Below, one piece after another: positions 16,652 to 25,786 of a DNA stretch of 64,000 bases; the stretch's first letter is position 1, and the number at the start of each line of letters is the position of its first letter. A program made the translations under genes and the position numbers. The notes below the pieces were generated by a model that made no database searches, was not told the DNA's origin, and saw nothing but the letters and a program-made list of their open reading frames with translations. Source of the DNA: an uncultured Fibrobacteraceae bacterium (lineage in GTDB: Bacteria > Krumholzibacteriota > Krumholzibacteriia > LZORAL124-64-63); the NCBI GenBank assembly GCA_964617805.1, contig CAZTWK010000004.1:15860-79859 (forward strand), read 5' to 3'.

Positions 16652-17977
16652 CTACCAGTAGACGGTGGCGGAACTGTACCACCAGCCCTGGCTGTCGGGA
16701 TCGCCGCCGTACATGTCCTTGTTGCGGGAGAACATGCCGTAGCCGGTCTTCCAGCCGAAGTCCGGAGCATTGAACATGACGAAGACGTCGATCTCGCTAC
16801 CGATGGAGGTCTCGTCGTTGCCGGAGCCGGTGAAGGCGCCGCCGATGTCCTCGACCGTGGCGAACTTGTGGAACGCGCCGCCGGCCGTCCAGGAGCCATT
16901 GATGGGGTACTTGGCCATGGCGAAGATGTCCATCAGGCCCGCGAACATGCCCATGGGATTCAGGTTCTGGTCCATGGCGCCCCAGAAGCGGTGGTAGTCC
17001 ATGTACAGGTTGTTGAAGTTCTCGTACTTGTCGTTCGTGGTGGTATCGTCACCGGTAGTGTAGTCCACGCCACCGGCGACCTTGAGGCCGCTGCTGAACT
17101 TCTTCGCGACCTTGCCGTTGAACATCATGCCGGAGAGGTCAGCCCCGTCGTCGTGGGTGCCGCTCTGCATGGCGAACATACCGTCGAACCAGACGTCCGT
17201 TGTAATCTCGCGGTTGGTGTAGGCGCCGAAGGTCATGAATGTGGTGTCGTCGGTGAAGGTCGGCGGCACTGAGAAGCTGCCCGGCATGGGCATCTTCACG
17301 TAGTAGATGAAGAAATCGACATTCTGCTCGGCCATGTTCAGGTTCACACCGTAGACCATGGGATCGGCCTGGGGGTCGTTCTGCCAGGGATCCGTACCGG
17401 TCGGATCGAAGTCCACGCTGGGACTGGTATCGCCGTACTCATCGAGCTGGAAGGCGAAGGCCGTGATGCTGGCATTCTCGTTGAACTGGCGACCGAACAT
17501 CAGACCCTCGAAGGTCCGTCCGACGTTGTCCCAGGGCACGGCGCTGATCAGGCGGCCGTTGTGCAGGGTGACCTCCATGATACCGGCCTTGAGCCAGCCC
17601 TTTTCACAGGGCTTGTACCAGAGGTAGGCCTGATGCGTCTGCAGGTCCATGGTGTTGAAGTTCTGGCTCATGTTGCTACCGATGAAGCGGCTGTCCTGCA
17701 TCTGGAAGAAGGCGCCGGCCTTGTCGTTGGCCTTGGCCTTCACACCCACGCGGGCCCGCGACTCGGTGTACCAGCTGAGAGGCGTGTCGGAGTTGAAGTC
17801 GAAACCTTCCGTGTTGAATCGATAGCGGAACGAACCGGAGACGCTCAGATCAGTCTCGGTCTCGTCGCCACAGCCTCCACACCCAGCACAGCTGCTGCCG
17901 CAGCCAGCCAGTACGTCGTATGCACCGAACGTCATCAGCATGACCATGAACAGCACAAACAGTTTTCGCGAATTCAA
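16652..17977 (-). CDS. outer-membrane beta-barrel lipoprotein/porin (alginate-export-like family), TTG start
   Basis: SD GGAAGGAG then TTG. N-terminus MNSRKLFVLFMVMLMTFGAYDVLAGC (lipobox LAGC). Cys/Gly-rich linker. Beta-barrel-like body ending in aromatic residue W. Confidence 0.6.
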   Translation of the reverse strand: MNSRKLFVLFMVMLMTFGAYDVLAGCGSSCAGCGGCGDETETDLSVSGSFRYRFNTEGFDFNSDTPLSWYTESRARVGVKAKANDKAGAFFQMQDSRFIGSNMSQNFNTMDLQTHQAYLWYKPCEKGWLKAGIMEVTLHNGRLISAVPWDNVGRTFEGLMFGRQFNENASITAFAFQLDEYGDTSPSVDFDPTGTDPWQNDPQADPMVYGVNLNMAEQNVDFFIYYVKMPMPGSFSVPPTFTDDTTFMTFGAYTNREITTDVWFDGMFAMQSGTHDDGADLSGMMFNGKVAKKFSSGLKVAGGVDYTTGDDTTTNDKYENFNNLYMDYHRFWGAMDQNLNPMGMFAGLMDIFAMAKYPINGSWTAGGAFHKFATVEDIGGAFTGSGNDETSIGSEIDVFVMFNAPDFGWKTGYGMFSRNKDMYGGDPDSQGWWYSSATVYW

Positions 17978-18258
17978 GGCGGTCTCCTTCCGGCATAACC
18001 ATGTCGCCGACCGGGCATTCCTTGTATCCGGCGGCAAATTCTGGGCGGTATGTTGGCACCCCTCATCAAGGGTAGCAAGGATTATTTGCCTTATTTGAGA
18101 ATTGATCTCAATTGCCCCCACCCCCCGAATCGCCCGTTTTCAGCCGTTGACAGGCCAGGAGCCCTTCTCTAGCTTGAGTCGCGTAGTCCCTTGTCGATAA
18201 GGACTTGAGTGAGGAAACGCCCCCGGATCGCCGGATCCCCCCCCCGACCCGAGGAGTC

Positions 18259-19827
18259 CGGATGGAATCGCGCCCCTCGAGACCGGCCCCGCCGGCCCCC
18301 CGCCTGATGGTCCTGCTGGGCCTGGCCCTGGCCCTCGTCCTGGCCTGGACGCCGCCCGCCGGCGCCCAGCACGACGAGCACCACGACCCGGCCGCCGCCG
18401 AGGAGACCGTACACGGCGCCGAGACCGCTCACGCCGCCGGGGCCGACGATCATCACGGCCCGGCCCTGGGTGCGCGCCTGCCCTTGTGGAGCGCCCTGCC
18501 GTTCGTGGGCATCCTGCTGTCGATCGCCGTGTTTCCGCTGGTGGCGCCCCATTTCTGGCACCGGCACTTCCCCAAGGTATCCGCCTTCTGGGCCCTGGTC
18601 TTCGCCGTGCCGTTCGTGATCGCCTACCGGAGCGAGGCGGTGCAGTCGATCCTGCACATCTACCTGATCGACTACATCCCCTTCATCGTGCTGCTGTGGG
18701 CCCTGTTCACCATCTCGGGCGGCATCTTCGTGGGCGGGAGTCTGCGGGGCTCGCCCAAGGTCAACCTGGTGCTGCTGCTTATCGGCACCGCCCTGGCCTC
18801 GTGGATCGGCACCACGGGCGCCGCCATGGTCATGATCCGGCCCCTGTTGCGGGCCAACGGCTGGCGCCGGCACAAGGTGCACGTGATCGTCTTCTTCATC
18901 TTCCTGGTGGCCAATATCGGAGGTTCCCTTACACCCCTGGGCGATCCGCCCCTGTTCCTGGGCTTCCTGCACGGGGTGCCCTTCTTCTGGGTGACCAGGG
19001 CCCTGCTGCCGCACATGCTGCTGGTGGTGGGCATCCTGCTGGCGGTCTTCTGGGCCGTGGACACCTACTGGTACCGCAAGGAGGAAGAGCCGCCGCCGGA
19101 CGACGGCAAGGGCGAGGGCATCAGCGTCCAGGGCGCGCACAACCTGATCTTCCTGCTGGGCGTGATGGGCGGCGTTATCTTCTCGGGTTCGGTCAAGCTG
19201 GACGCGCTGACCGTCTACGGGCACGTGTACGTGGAGCTGCAGAACCTGCTGAAGGACGGTTTCCTGATCCTGATGGGCCTGCTATCCCTGCGCACCACCG
19301 CCCGGGTGATCCGCGAGAGGAACGAGTTCGGCTGGTTCCCGATACAGGAGGTCGCCTACCTTTTCGCCGGCATATTCATGACGATCATTCCGGCCCTGGC
19401 CATCCTCCAGGTGGGCACACACGGGGCCCTGGCGGGCCTGATCGAGTTCGTCAAGACGCCCATGCACTACTTCTGGGTGACCGGCGGCCTGTCCAGCTTC
19501 CTGGACAACGCGCCGACATACCTGACATTCTTCAACACGGCGCTGGGCAGCTTCGGCCAGCCCGAGACGGCCGTGCCGGGCATGCTGGGCTACCTCGGCG
19601 AGACGGCCCGCAACACGCACTTCATCCGCGACCTGACGGCCATCTCCGCCGGCGCGGTCTTCATGGGCGCCATGACCTACATCGGCAACGCGCCCAACTT
19701 CATGGTCAAGTCCATCGCCGAGGAGGCCGGCATCCCCATGCCGAGCTTCTTCGGCTTCATGGTCAAGTATTCGTTGCCCATCCTGGTGCCGGTCTTCGTG
19801 ATCGTCACCCTCGTCTTCTTCGTCTAG
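18259..19827 (+). CDS. ArsB/NhaD-superfamily ion transporter (putative Na+/H+ antiporter), His-rich N-terminal periplasmic segment
   Basis: Start MESRPSR with SD GAGGAG. Signal-like LMVLLGLALALVLA. His-rich stretch QHDEHHDPAAAEETVHGAETAHAAGADDHHG. About 11 transmembrane segments. IGGSLTPLGDPPLFLG motif. Confidence 0.65.
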   Translation, partial: RMESRPSRPAPPAPRLMVLLGLALALVLAWTPPAGAQHDEHHDPAAAEETVHGAETAHAAGADDHHGPALGARLPLWSALPFVGILLSIAVFPLVAPHFWHRHFPKVSAFWALVFAVPFVIAYRSEAVQSILHIYLIDYIPFIVLLWALFTISGGIFVGGSLRGSPKVNLVLLLIGTALASWIGTTGAAMVMIRPLLRANGWRRHKVHVIVFFIFLVANIGGSLTPLGDPPLFLGFLHGVPFFWVTRALLPHMLLVVGILLAVFWAVDTYWYRKEEEPPPDDGKGEGISVQGAHNLIFLLGVMGGVIFSGSVKLDALTVYGHVYVELQNLLKDGFLILMGLLSLRTTARVIRERNEFGWFPIQEVAYLFAGIFMTIIPALAILQVGTHGALAGLIEFVKTPMHYFWVTGGLSSFLDNAPTYLTFFNTALGSFGQPETAVPGMLGYLGETARNTHFIRDLTAISAGAVFMGAMTYIGNAPNFMVKSIAEEAGIPMPSFFGFMVKYSLPILVPVFVIVTLVFFV

Positions 19828-19840
19828 GGAGGAACCGGTC

Positions 19841-20440
19841 ATGGCCAGCAAGTCGAGCGGACGGACCCGGACCAGCTACTACGAGGTCGTGCTCTGCGGT
19901 CCCCACGACCTGATCCACGGCCTGCTCACGGGATTGGCCATCGGCGCCGGCCACGAGGCGACCATCGAGTACGGCCACGAGCGCGGCATCTCCGACCGCT
20001 CCCTGCGCGAGAAGCTGGCCGACGTGTTCCGTCCCGGCGGCCACGAGTGCCAGGTGATCCTCGACAACACCACCCGCGGCCTGCTCAAGCGCAAGGCCCG
20101 GCGCCTGGCCCTGGAGACGGGTGTGGAGCTGTGCTCCGAGCGGAGGATCAGCAGCGCGGAATTCAAGTTCCGCTACGTGACCTACGCCCCCCGCTACGCC
20201 GACGAGATCGCCGGCCTGCTCGGCGGCCTGCCCAAGGGCGCGCGCCTGGTCAGCCACGAGCGGGAGGAGAAGATCAATCCCGCGGCCAAGGGCGCCGAGG
20301 GCTACACCCCCGTCCACGACTACGAGGTCAAGGGCGGCGGCGAGATCCGCGGGCGCGTCGATCTGATCCTCGATGCGCACGAAGCGCTCGATCGACATCC
20401 GCTGATCGAGGTCTCCGAGATAGAGCTCGAGACCGTATAG
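19841..20440 (+). CDS. hypothetical protein (199 aa), likely co-transcribed with the transporter
   Basis: SD GGGAGG 6 nt before the ATG. No recognisable family. Confidence 0.55.
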   Translation: MASKSSGRTRTSYYEVVLCGPHDLIHGLLTGLAIGAGHEATIEYGHERGISDRSLREKLADVFRPGGHECQVILDNTTRGLLKRKARRLALETGVELCSERRISSAEFKFRYVTYAPRYADEIAGLLGGLPKGARLVSHEREEKINPAAKGAEGYTPVHDYEVKGGGEIRGRVDLILDAHEALDRHPLIEVSEIELETV

Positions 20441-20476
20441 GCGCACTCAGAAAGCGCATGTTGTACCTCAGGAGCC

Positions 20477-20620
20477 GGATCCTGGGTATGACGCCCTGCT
20501 CCGGGGGCCGCTCACCGCCGACCTCATGTCGGCGGCTCGCTCGAATTCCGGGCCCTTCCGACCTCCATGTCTCCAGGACCCTTCATACGCCCCCGGAGCA
20601 GGGCGTCATACCCAGGATCC
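20477..20620. repeat. structured palindromic repeat, copy 1: 31-bp perfect outer stem, inner hairpin, conserved core
   Basis: ggatcctgggtatgacgccctgctccggggg (20477-20507) is the exact reverse complement of 20590-20620. Inner hairpin ccgccgac-ctcat-gtcggcgg at 20515-20535. Core ctcgctcgaattccgggcccttccgacctccatgtctccaggacccttcatacgc is shared with the copy at 52.1 kb. Confidence 0.65.
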
Positions 20621-20751
20621 TCCTCTCAGGTGCAACACGGCTTCCGAGTGCCCATACGGACCAAGCTCGGGATCGCGAAACCTCGAGGCCGCGCCTGCCT
20701 ACCAGGCACGGCCCGCCTTTCGACCCCGGATATGCTGCAAGCTAGGGAAAG

Positions 20752-20855
20752 AAAAGGGAGAGGGCGATGTGCCCTCTCCCGGAATGCTCCGCGCAGCGCA
20801 AGCGAGCGCAGCGAGCGTGCTGGAGGGAGAGGGCACATCGCCCTCTCCCTTTTCG
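20752..20855. terminator. pair of identical hairpins in opposite orientation (bidirectional terminators) between convergent genes
   Basis: H1 aaaa-gggagagggc-gatgt-gccctctccc (20752-20780) and H2 gggagagggc-acatc-gccctctccc-ttttc (20825-20854) are reverse complements of each other. Each is followed by a T-run on its own strand. Confidence 0.5.
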
Positions 20856-20861
20856 CGTTCC

Positions 20862-23800
20862 CTACTTGATCAGCATCATCTGCTTGGTCTCGGAAAGACC
20901 GTTCGCGTTCAGCTGATAGTAGTAGGTGCCGGAGGCAACCTGGCGACCGGTCAGGTCGCGTCCGTCCCAGACCACGGCGTGTTCGACCGCGGGGAGGTCG
21001 GCGTCGACCAGGGTGCGGACCAGGCGTCCGGCCAGGTCGTAGACCTTCAGGCTCACGTGGCCGGTCTGCGGCACGGCGAACTTGATGGTCGTCGACGGGT
21101 TGAACGGGTTCGGGTAGTTCTCGCCCAGCGTGAAGCGCTGCGCCACGTCCCCGACCGCGGTCGTGCCGCCGCCGTAGGTGATGTTCATGCACCACTCGTT
21201 GAGGGTGCCGATGTCGGCGCCGGCATTGTCGCTGATGGACAGCGTCCAGTCGCCGTCCAGATCGACGCCCGCGAAGCCGGACAGGGCCTCGGCCGGGGCC
21301 AACTCGGTCGGGTACCAGCCGTAGATGTTGTCGGCGCCCGAGCCGCTGCGGTTGTGCAGGCGTACCGTGGTGCCGGTCGGCGAACCCAGATCCACGATCA
21401 GGTCGCCCTGGTAGGTGTGGGTGATGTCCACGAAGACCTCGATGGCGGTCACCGAGGCGCCCAGGCCCAGGGAGACGTTGATCACGTCGCTCACGCCCGT
21501 CGGGTTGTTGTCCGGGATGGCCAGGGCCGGCGTGCTGCAGGCCGAGGTCTCGTAGACGTGGGTCAGGACCATGTCGACGCCGGTCAGGGCCTCGCCCTCG
21601 GCGAGCGTGAAGGTCTCGGCGTCGGTGCTCCAGGAGGGACGCGAGGCCGTCACGGTGTAGCCGGCCGCGTAGAGGCTGGTGAACGCGTAGTCGCCGGAGG
21701 GGCCGGTGGTCACGGTGTCGCCGCCGGGCATGAGTTCCACGAGAATGCCGGAATGGTCGGTCGCGCCCTGCAGGGTCACGGTGCCGCTCACCGACGCTGT
21801 GCCCGGGGCCTCGATGGCCAGCAGCCAGTTCACGGCGTTGTGCAGCAGGCTGAGGCCCTCGGTCACCTCGAGCGCGCCGTAGTCGAAGGCGAAGAACACG
21901 ATCTGTCCGCCCACCGGCGAGGGGGTCGGATCGTAGCAGACCACGCTGCCGAGGCCGCTGTAGTTGCTCCAGTCGCCGACCAGCTGCCCGTCGCCCGCCA
22001 CGGTCACGCGGTCGGCGTCGCCGTAGCCGCTGTAGGCGCAGGCGATGGGACCGACGATCGTGTTGGGCACGCTCATCACGCTGTGCAGGGGATCGGCCAC
22101 GGTCACGTTGCCGCTGCTGTCCCCGTTCCAGTCCGTGATGTGAAGCACTGTCGAGGCGAAGGCCGCCTCGTCGTTGTGGTAGTAGGCGATCTCGCCGCCC
22201 TCGATGAGCAGGTGCCCGCCGGCGTTGACGAAGTCGACCAGCTCGGCGCGGAAGGCCGTGTCGCCCAGCTCCGCCGTCTTGTCGGCCATCGACACCAGGA
22301 TCATGTCGTAGTCGAACCAGGTGCCGGGATCGGTGACGCCGAGATCCTCGAGGACCACACTGTAGCCGAGTCCCTCGAGGTCGGTGACCATGCCGGCCGC
22401 CGTGCGCGACGGGAGCGCGTGGTAGGGCGGGGCGATGAGCTGGCCGGTCTTGGCATCCAGCTTGCCCGGCAGGTCGCGGTCGAACTTGGCGTTGTCGTCG
22501 ATGATCAGGATGTCGCCAGCGGTGGGATCGAGGACGAAGTCCTGGACGACCGCGGGCGCGTCGATCGTCACCGCCACGGTGACGGGCGAGTGGTGGTAGG
22601 CCCGCACGTTCACATCGTAGGTAAAGTAGGTCAGGCCGGTGACGGTGTAGGTGCCGTCCACGCCGCTGACGACCTCGTCGACCAGGGCGCCGTTGTCCGT
22701 GCGGTAGACCTTCACGGTGCCCTCCAGCGGCGTACCGGTGCCGGTCTCGGTGATCACGCCGCTCAGATCGCCGGCCGGGGCCGCGTCGAGAGACGGGTCG
22801 ATCACGTTGGGACCGAAGGTCAGGAAGAACGGCAGCTCGTAATGCAGGAAGCCGAAGTGGTCGATGGACAGGATGTAGTCGTTCACCGCGATGTCACCGC
22901 CGAAGTCGTAGACGCCGCTGCCGTCGGTCACGGTCTCCATCAGGAAGCCGCCCATGTCGTCGAGCAGCTGGACCGTCACGTCGGGCATGGGCAGCGAGCC
23001 ACCGGCGTAGACGGTGCCGGTCAGGGTGCCGAAGGCCTCGACCACGTCGAAGGCCTCGCTGTAGACGTCGTAGCCGCTCACGGCGATGGTGCCGACGACC
23101 TCGCCCAGATCGGCGGGCGTGGCCTCCAGCGAGAGGTCCGTCGTGGACAGCTCGCTGCCGTCGGGCAGGACCACGTACAAGGTATGACCGGGCTCGCCCA
23201 CGGTGACGTGCATCGTGCCGGGCATGTTCTGCCCGTACATGTCGGTCATGCCGAAGGTGGTGGTCACGTTGAGGTCCGGCGCGGTCAGCGGCAGGGCGTT
23301 GACCGTGATGGCCTGCGAGAAGAGCAGGTAGGCCTCGGCCGGGTCCTGGCCCACGATGTCCAGGGTCGGGCCGAAGGGGTAGTCGACGTTGATCACGGCC
23401 ACGCCGTCGACGCCGGTGGCGACCGGGACGGTGCTGTAGCCGAAGCCGTCGGCCCACACGTCGATGCCCTCCAGAGGCGTGATGCCGTCGGGGCCGTAGA
23501 CCGTGACGGTGATGTCCGTCGGCGTGTTGGCGTCGATGACCATGGGATCGATCACGACGACCGAGGGGTTGATGGCCGGCAGATCCGCCTGGTAGGTGCC
23601 CAGGTTGAAGCCGGTGATCGTCAGGGTGACGTCGCCCGGGGTCAGCACGGGCGTGTCGAGTGTGATCGTGGCGAGGCCGGCGCCGTCGGCGTCCGCGACG
23701 CCGTGGGTGACGCCGTCGCGCCACAGGACGGCGCGCGCGCCGGCGGGCAGGCCGCTCACCTCGAAGGTGGCCGCACCCAGGTGCACGACCGGCAGGTGCG

Positions 23801-25532
23801 TCGGCGCCAGCGCCGTCGGCTCGAAGGAGCGGACGACCAGCGAGCAGTCACCGAAGATCTGGTACTGCTCGACCAGGGCGTGGCCCTCGCCGCCGGTACC
23901 GGGATAGGCGTCCAGGGCGGCCATGGAACCGTAGAAGAACAGCGCGCCCAGGGTGCTGGTGGTCTCGGCCACGAAGAGGTCGATGGCCTCGTCCGCCATG
24001 ACCGTGGGCGGCACCCACGCGCAGGTGCCCCAGGAGGAGAACATGCCCACCGCGCCGTAGGGCTCGGTCGGCGAGCCGGCGCGCAGGAAGGCCTCGGCCA
24101 TGCTGGGGTTGAGGCTGGTGGTGCCGTTGGAGCAGGACACGTCGATCACCCAGGGATGCATGCCCGCGTTGGTCAGCAGGGGCATGTCGCCGTTGCTCCA
24201 GGGCGGGTTGCTCCAGCTGGTGCCGCTGCCGTGGCCCATGTAGTACATCAAGCTGCGGCCCTCGTTGACGGCGGCCGCGATCTGGGCGGTGGTGCCGCTG
24301 GGCTGGTAGATCTGGTCCACGTGGGTGAAGCCGTAGGCCAGCAGGTCGTCGCGGATCCAGTTGCAGCGCTCGGCGTCCGAGGGGCTGCCCTCGTTCGACG
24401 CCAGGCCGGCGGCCTTGCTGTACCAGTCGGAGGCCGCGCCGAAGTCGGGATCGCGCTCGTAGGCGATGAACTTGTTGATCTGCGTCTGCAGCTCGGTGCT
24501 GTTGTTGGCCGAGATGCGCGAGACGAAGAGATCGGCGTAGAAGTCGCCGCCGGAGACCATGGCGTAGGTCGCGTCGGAGCCGTTGCCCTCGGCGGTGCCG
24601 GTGTGGGTCGGGATCTGGGCGATGTCGCCCACCAGCACCACGTAGGTCAGGCCGTCGGGGCCGGCGTAGCGGGTGTCGATGGCCGTCTGGATGCCCGCCA
24701 CCGAGCCGCCCACCGAGGAGGTGGTGATGACCTCGACGGGGATGCCCTTCTGCTGCTTCCACTCCACGAAGGGCGTCAGCGGACCCTGCAGCGCGTCGTC
24801 GACGACCACGAGCATGGGGCCGTCGGTGCCCACGGCGACGTACTTGTCGGCGCCGTAGTTGGCGAAGAGGTGGTCGTAGATGCGGTCGAAGGCGGGATCG
24901 ACGGTGCCGGCCTCGACGGCCAGCTCGTTGACGCCGCTGCCCTCGGTGACGATCTCGAGGCGCATGCTGCGCAGGACCATCAGGACGCCGCGGTCGGCGT
25001 CGTAGCGGAAGGCGTTGACCCGGACGGAGACGCCGCGCATGTCGCGCACGATGAAGGCGTCGCCCAGCTCGGTCACGGCCTGGGGATAGACGCCGCCCTC
25101 GCCGTAGAAGGCGCCGTGCCGGTAGGGCACGGTGGAGGGATCCACCTCACGCGAGATGTGTCCCCGGGACGGGACCACGGGATCGACGCTCAGCTCGTTC
25201 CACCGGGCGTCGAGCACGCGGACCGAGGGCATGCCCCGGCCGGCGATCGCGATGCTCTGGGTGATGTACGGGAGTTCGGGGAGTCCGGCCTCCATGTGCC
25301 AGACATGGCCGGGCACGGCGATGAGCGAGTGCGGGGAGCCGTCGATGTCCACGGTGGACAGCTCGAAACCCGGCACCTCGATATCCATGGTCACCGAGGA
25401 CGGCGCGCCGGAGGCGGCGATCCGCGGCTCGACCTGTGTCTGACTGCCCTGGTCGATCCACGCGGCGCTCGCCGTGGCGGTCATACCGAACATCAATACC
25501 AAGGCAAAAATAGCCATAATCCTGGGACGCAT
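20862..25532 (-). CDS. secreted multidomain C25 (gingipain-like) cysteine peptidase with P-domain and T9SS C-terminal sorting domain
   Basis: 1556 aa. SD AAGGAG. Signal peptide. Gingipain propeptide/catalytic region (YVVLVGD, MYYMGHGSGTSW, VIDVSCSNG). Carboxypeptidase-regulatory-like domains. Proprotein-convertase P-domain (THTYQGDLIVDLGSPTGTTVRLHNRSG). C-terminal Por-type secretion domain (ENYPNPFNPSTTIKF...YYYQL). Confidence 0.85.
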   Translation of the reverse strand: MRPRIMAIFALVLMFGMTATASAAWIDQGSQTQVEPRIAASGAPSSVTMDIEVPGFELSTVDIDGSPHSLIAVPGHVWHMEAGLPELPYITQSIAIAGRGMPSVRVLDARWNELSVDPVVPSRGHISREVDPSTVPYRHGAFYGEGGVYPQAVTELGDAFIVRDMRGVSVRVNAFRYDADRGVLMVLRSMRLEIVTEGSGVNELAVEAGTVDPAFDRIYDHLFANYGADKYVAVGTDGPMLVVVDDALQGPLTPFVEWKQQKGIPVEVITTSSVGGSVAGIQTAIDTRYAGPDGLTYVVLVGDIAQIPTHTGTAEGNGSDATYAMVSGGDFYADLFVSRISANNSTELQTQINKFIAYERDPDFGAASDWYSKAAGLASNEGSPSDAERCNWIRDDLLAYGFTHVDQIYQPSGTTAQIAAAVNEGRSLMYYMGHGSGTSWSNPPWSNGDMPLLTNAGMHPWVIDVSCSNGTTSLNPSMAEAFLRAGSPTEPYGAVGMFSSWGTCAWVPPTVMADEAIDLFVAETTSTLGALFFYGSMAALDAYPGTGGEGHALVEQYQIFGDCSLVVRSFEPTALAPTHLPVVHLGAATFEVSGLPAGARAVLWRDGVTHGVADADGAGLATITLDTPVLTPGDVTLTITGFNLGTYQADLPAINPSVVVIDPMVIDANTPTDITVTVYGPDGITPLEGIDVWADGFGYSTVPVATGVDGVAVINVDYPFGPTLDIVGQDPAEAYLLFSQAITVNALPLTAPDLNVTTTFGMTDMYGQNMPGTMHVTVGEPGHTLYVVLPDGSELSTTDLSLEATPADLGEVVGTIAVSGYDVYSEAFDVVEAFGTLTGTVYAGGSLPMPDVTVQLLDDMGGFLMETVTDGSGVYDFGGDIAVNDYILSIDHFGFLHYELPFFLTFGPNVIDPSLDAAPAGDLSGVITETGTGTPLEGTVKVYRTDNGALVDEVVSGVDGTYTVTGLTYFTYDVNVRAYHHSPVTVAVTIDAPAVVQDFVLDPTAGDILIIDDNAKFDRDLPGKLDAKTGQLIAPPYHALPSRTAAGMVTDLEGLGYSVVLEDLGVTDPGTWFDYDMILVSMADKTAELGDTAFRAELVDFVNAGGHLLIEGGEIAYYHNDEAAFASTVLHITDWNGDSSGNVTVADPLHSVMSVPNTIVGPIACAYSGYGDADRVTVAGDGQLVGDWSNYSGLGSVVCYDPTPSPVGGQIVFFAFDYGALEVTEGLSLLHNAVNWLLAIEAPGTASVSGTVTLQGATDHSGILVELMPGGDTVTTGPSGDYAFTSLYAAGYTVTASRPSWSTDAETFTLAEGEALTGVDMVLTHVYETSACSTPALAIPDNNPTGVSDVINVSLGLGASVTAIEVFVDITHTYQGDLIVDLGSPTGTTVRLHNRSGSGADNIYGWYPTELAPAEALSGFAGVDLDGDWTLSISDNAGADIGTLNEWCMNITYGGGTTAVGDVAQRFTLGENYPNPFNPSTTIKFAVPQTGHVSLKVYDLAGRLVRTLVDADLPAVEHAVVWDGRDLTGRQVASGTYYYQLNANGLSETKQMMLIK

Positions 25533-25744
25533 TGACGGACTCCTTCTCGGGAAAGAATGGTCAGCGGGATTGGTTTTCTCTGCGGGACCCTAATTATACA
25601 TCATTTCAGGGTCTTGATACAAGACATACCCTCGTACAACGGTCGGGATATTCCTTCTTCCATCGTCCAATAGAAGATCGAATTTCATGCAGAAAACGCA
25701 AAATAACGGGACAGCCGCCGGTTTCAGGCGACGAAAAGGCGGCG

Positions 25745-25770
25745 ACCCCGGGGGGCCGCCGCCACAACTC
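25745..25770 (-). terminator. intrinsic terminator after the lipoprotein gene
   Basis: ggcggcgacc-ccgg-ggggccgccgcc hairpin, followed by TTTT on the minus strand. Confidence 0.5.
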
Positions 25771-25786
25771 GTTGTCGTGTAAGGAA

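Noticed and set aside
18030-18060. Sigma-54-like element TGGCAC-N5 upstream of the transporter
   Set aside because: The downstream element is ATCA, not TTGC, and no enhancer-binding protein gene is nearby. Probably a chance match.
20526-25535. 1669-aa plus-strand ORF
   Set aside because: It is antisense to the C25 protease gene, which has clear domains and an SD. The plus-strand product is low-complexity G/A/V/D/R. Its 5' end runs through the repeat element.
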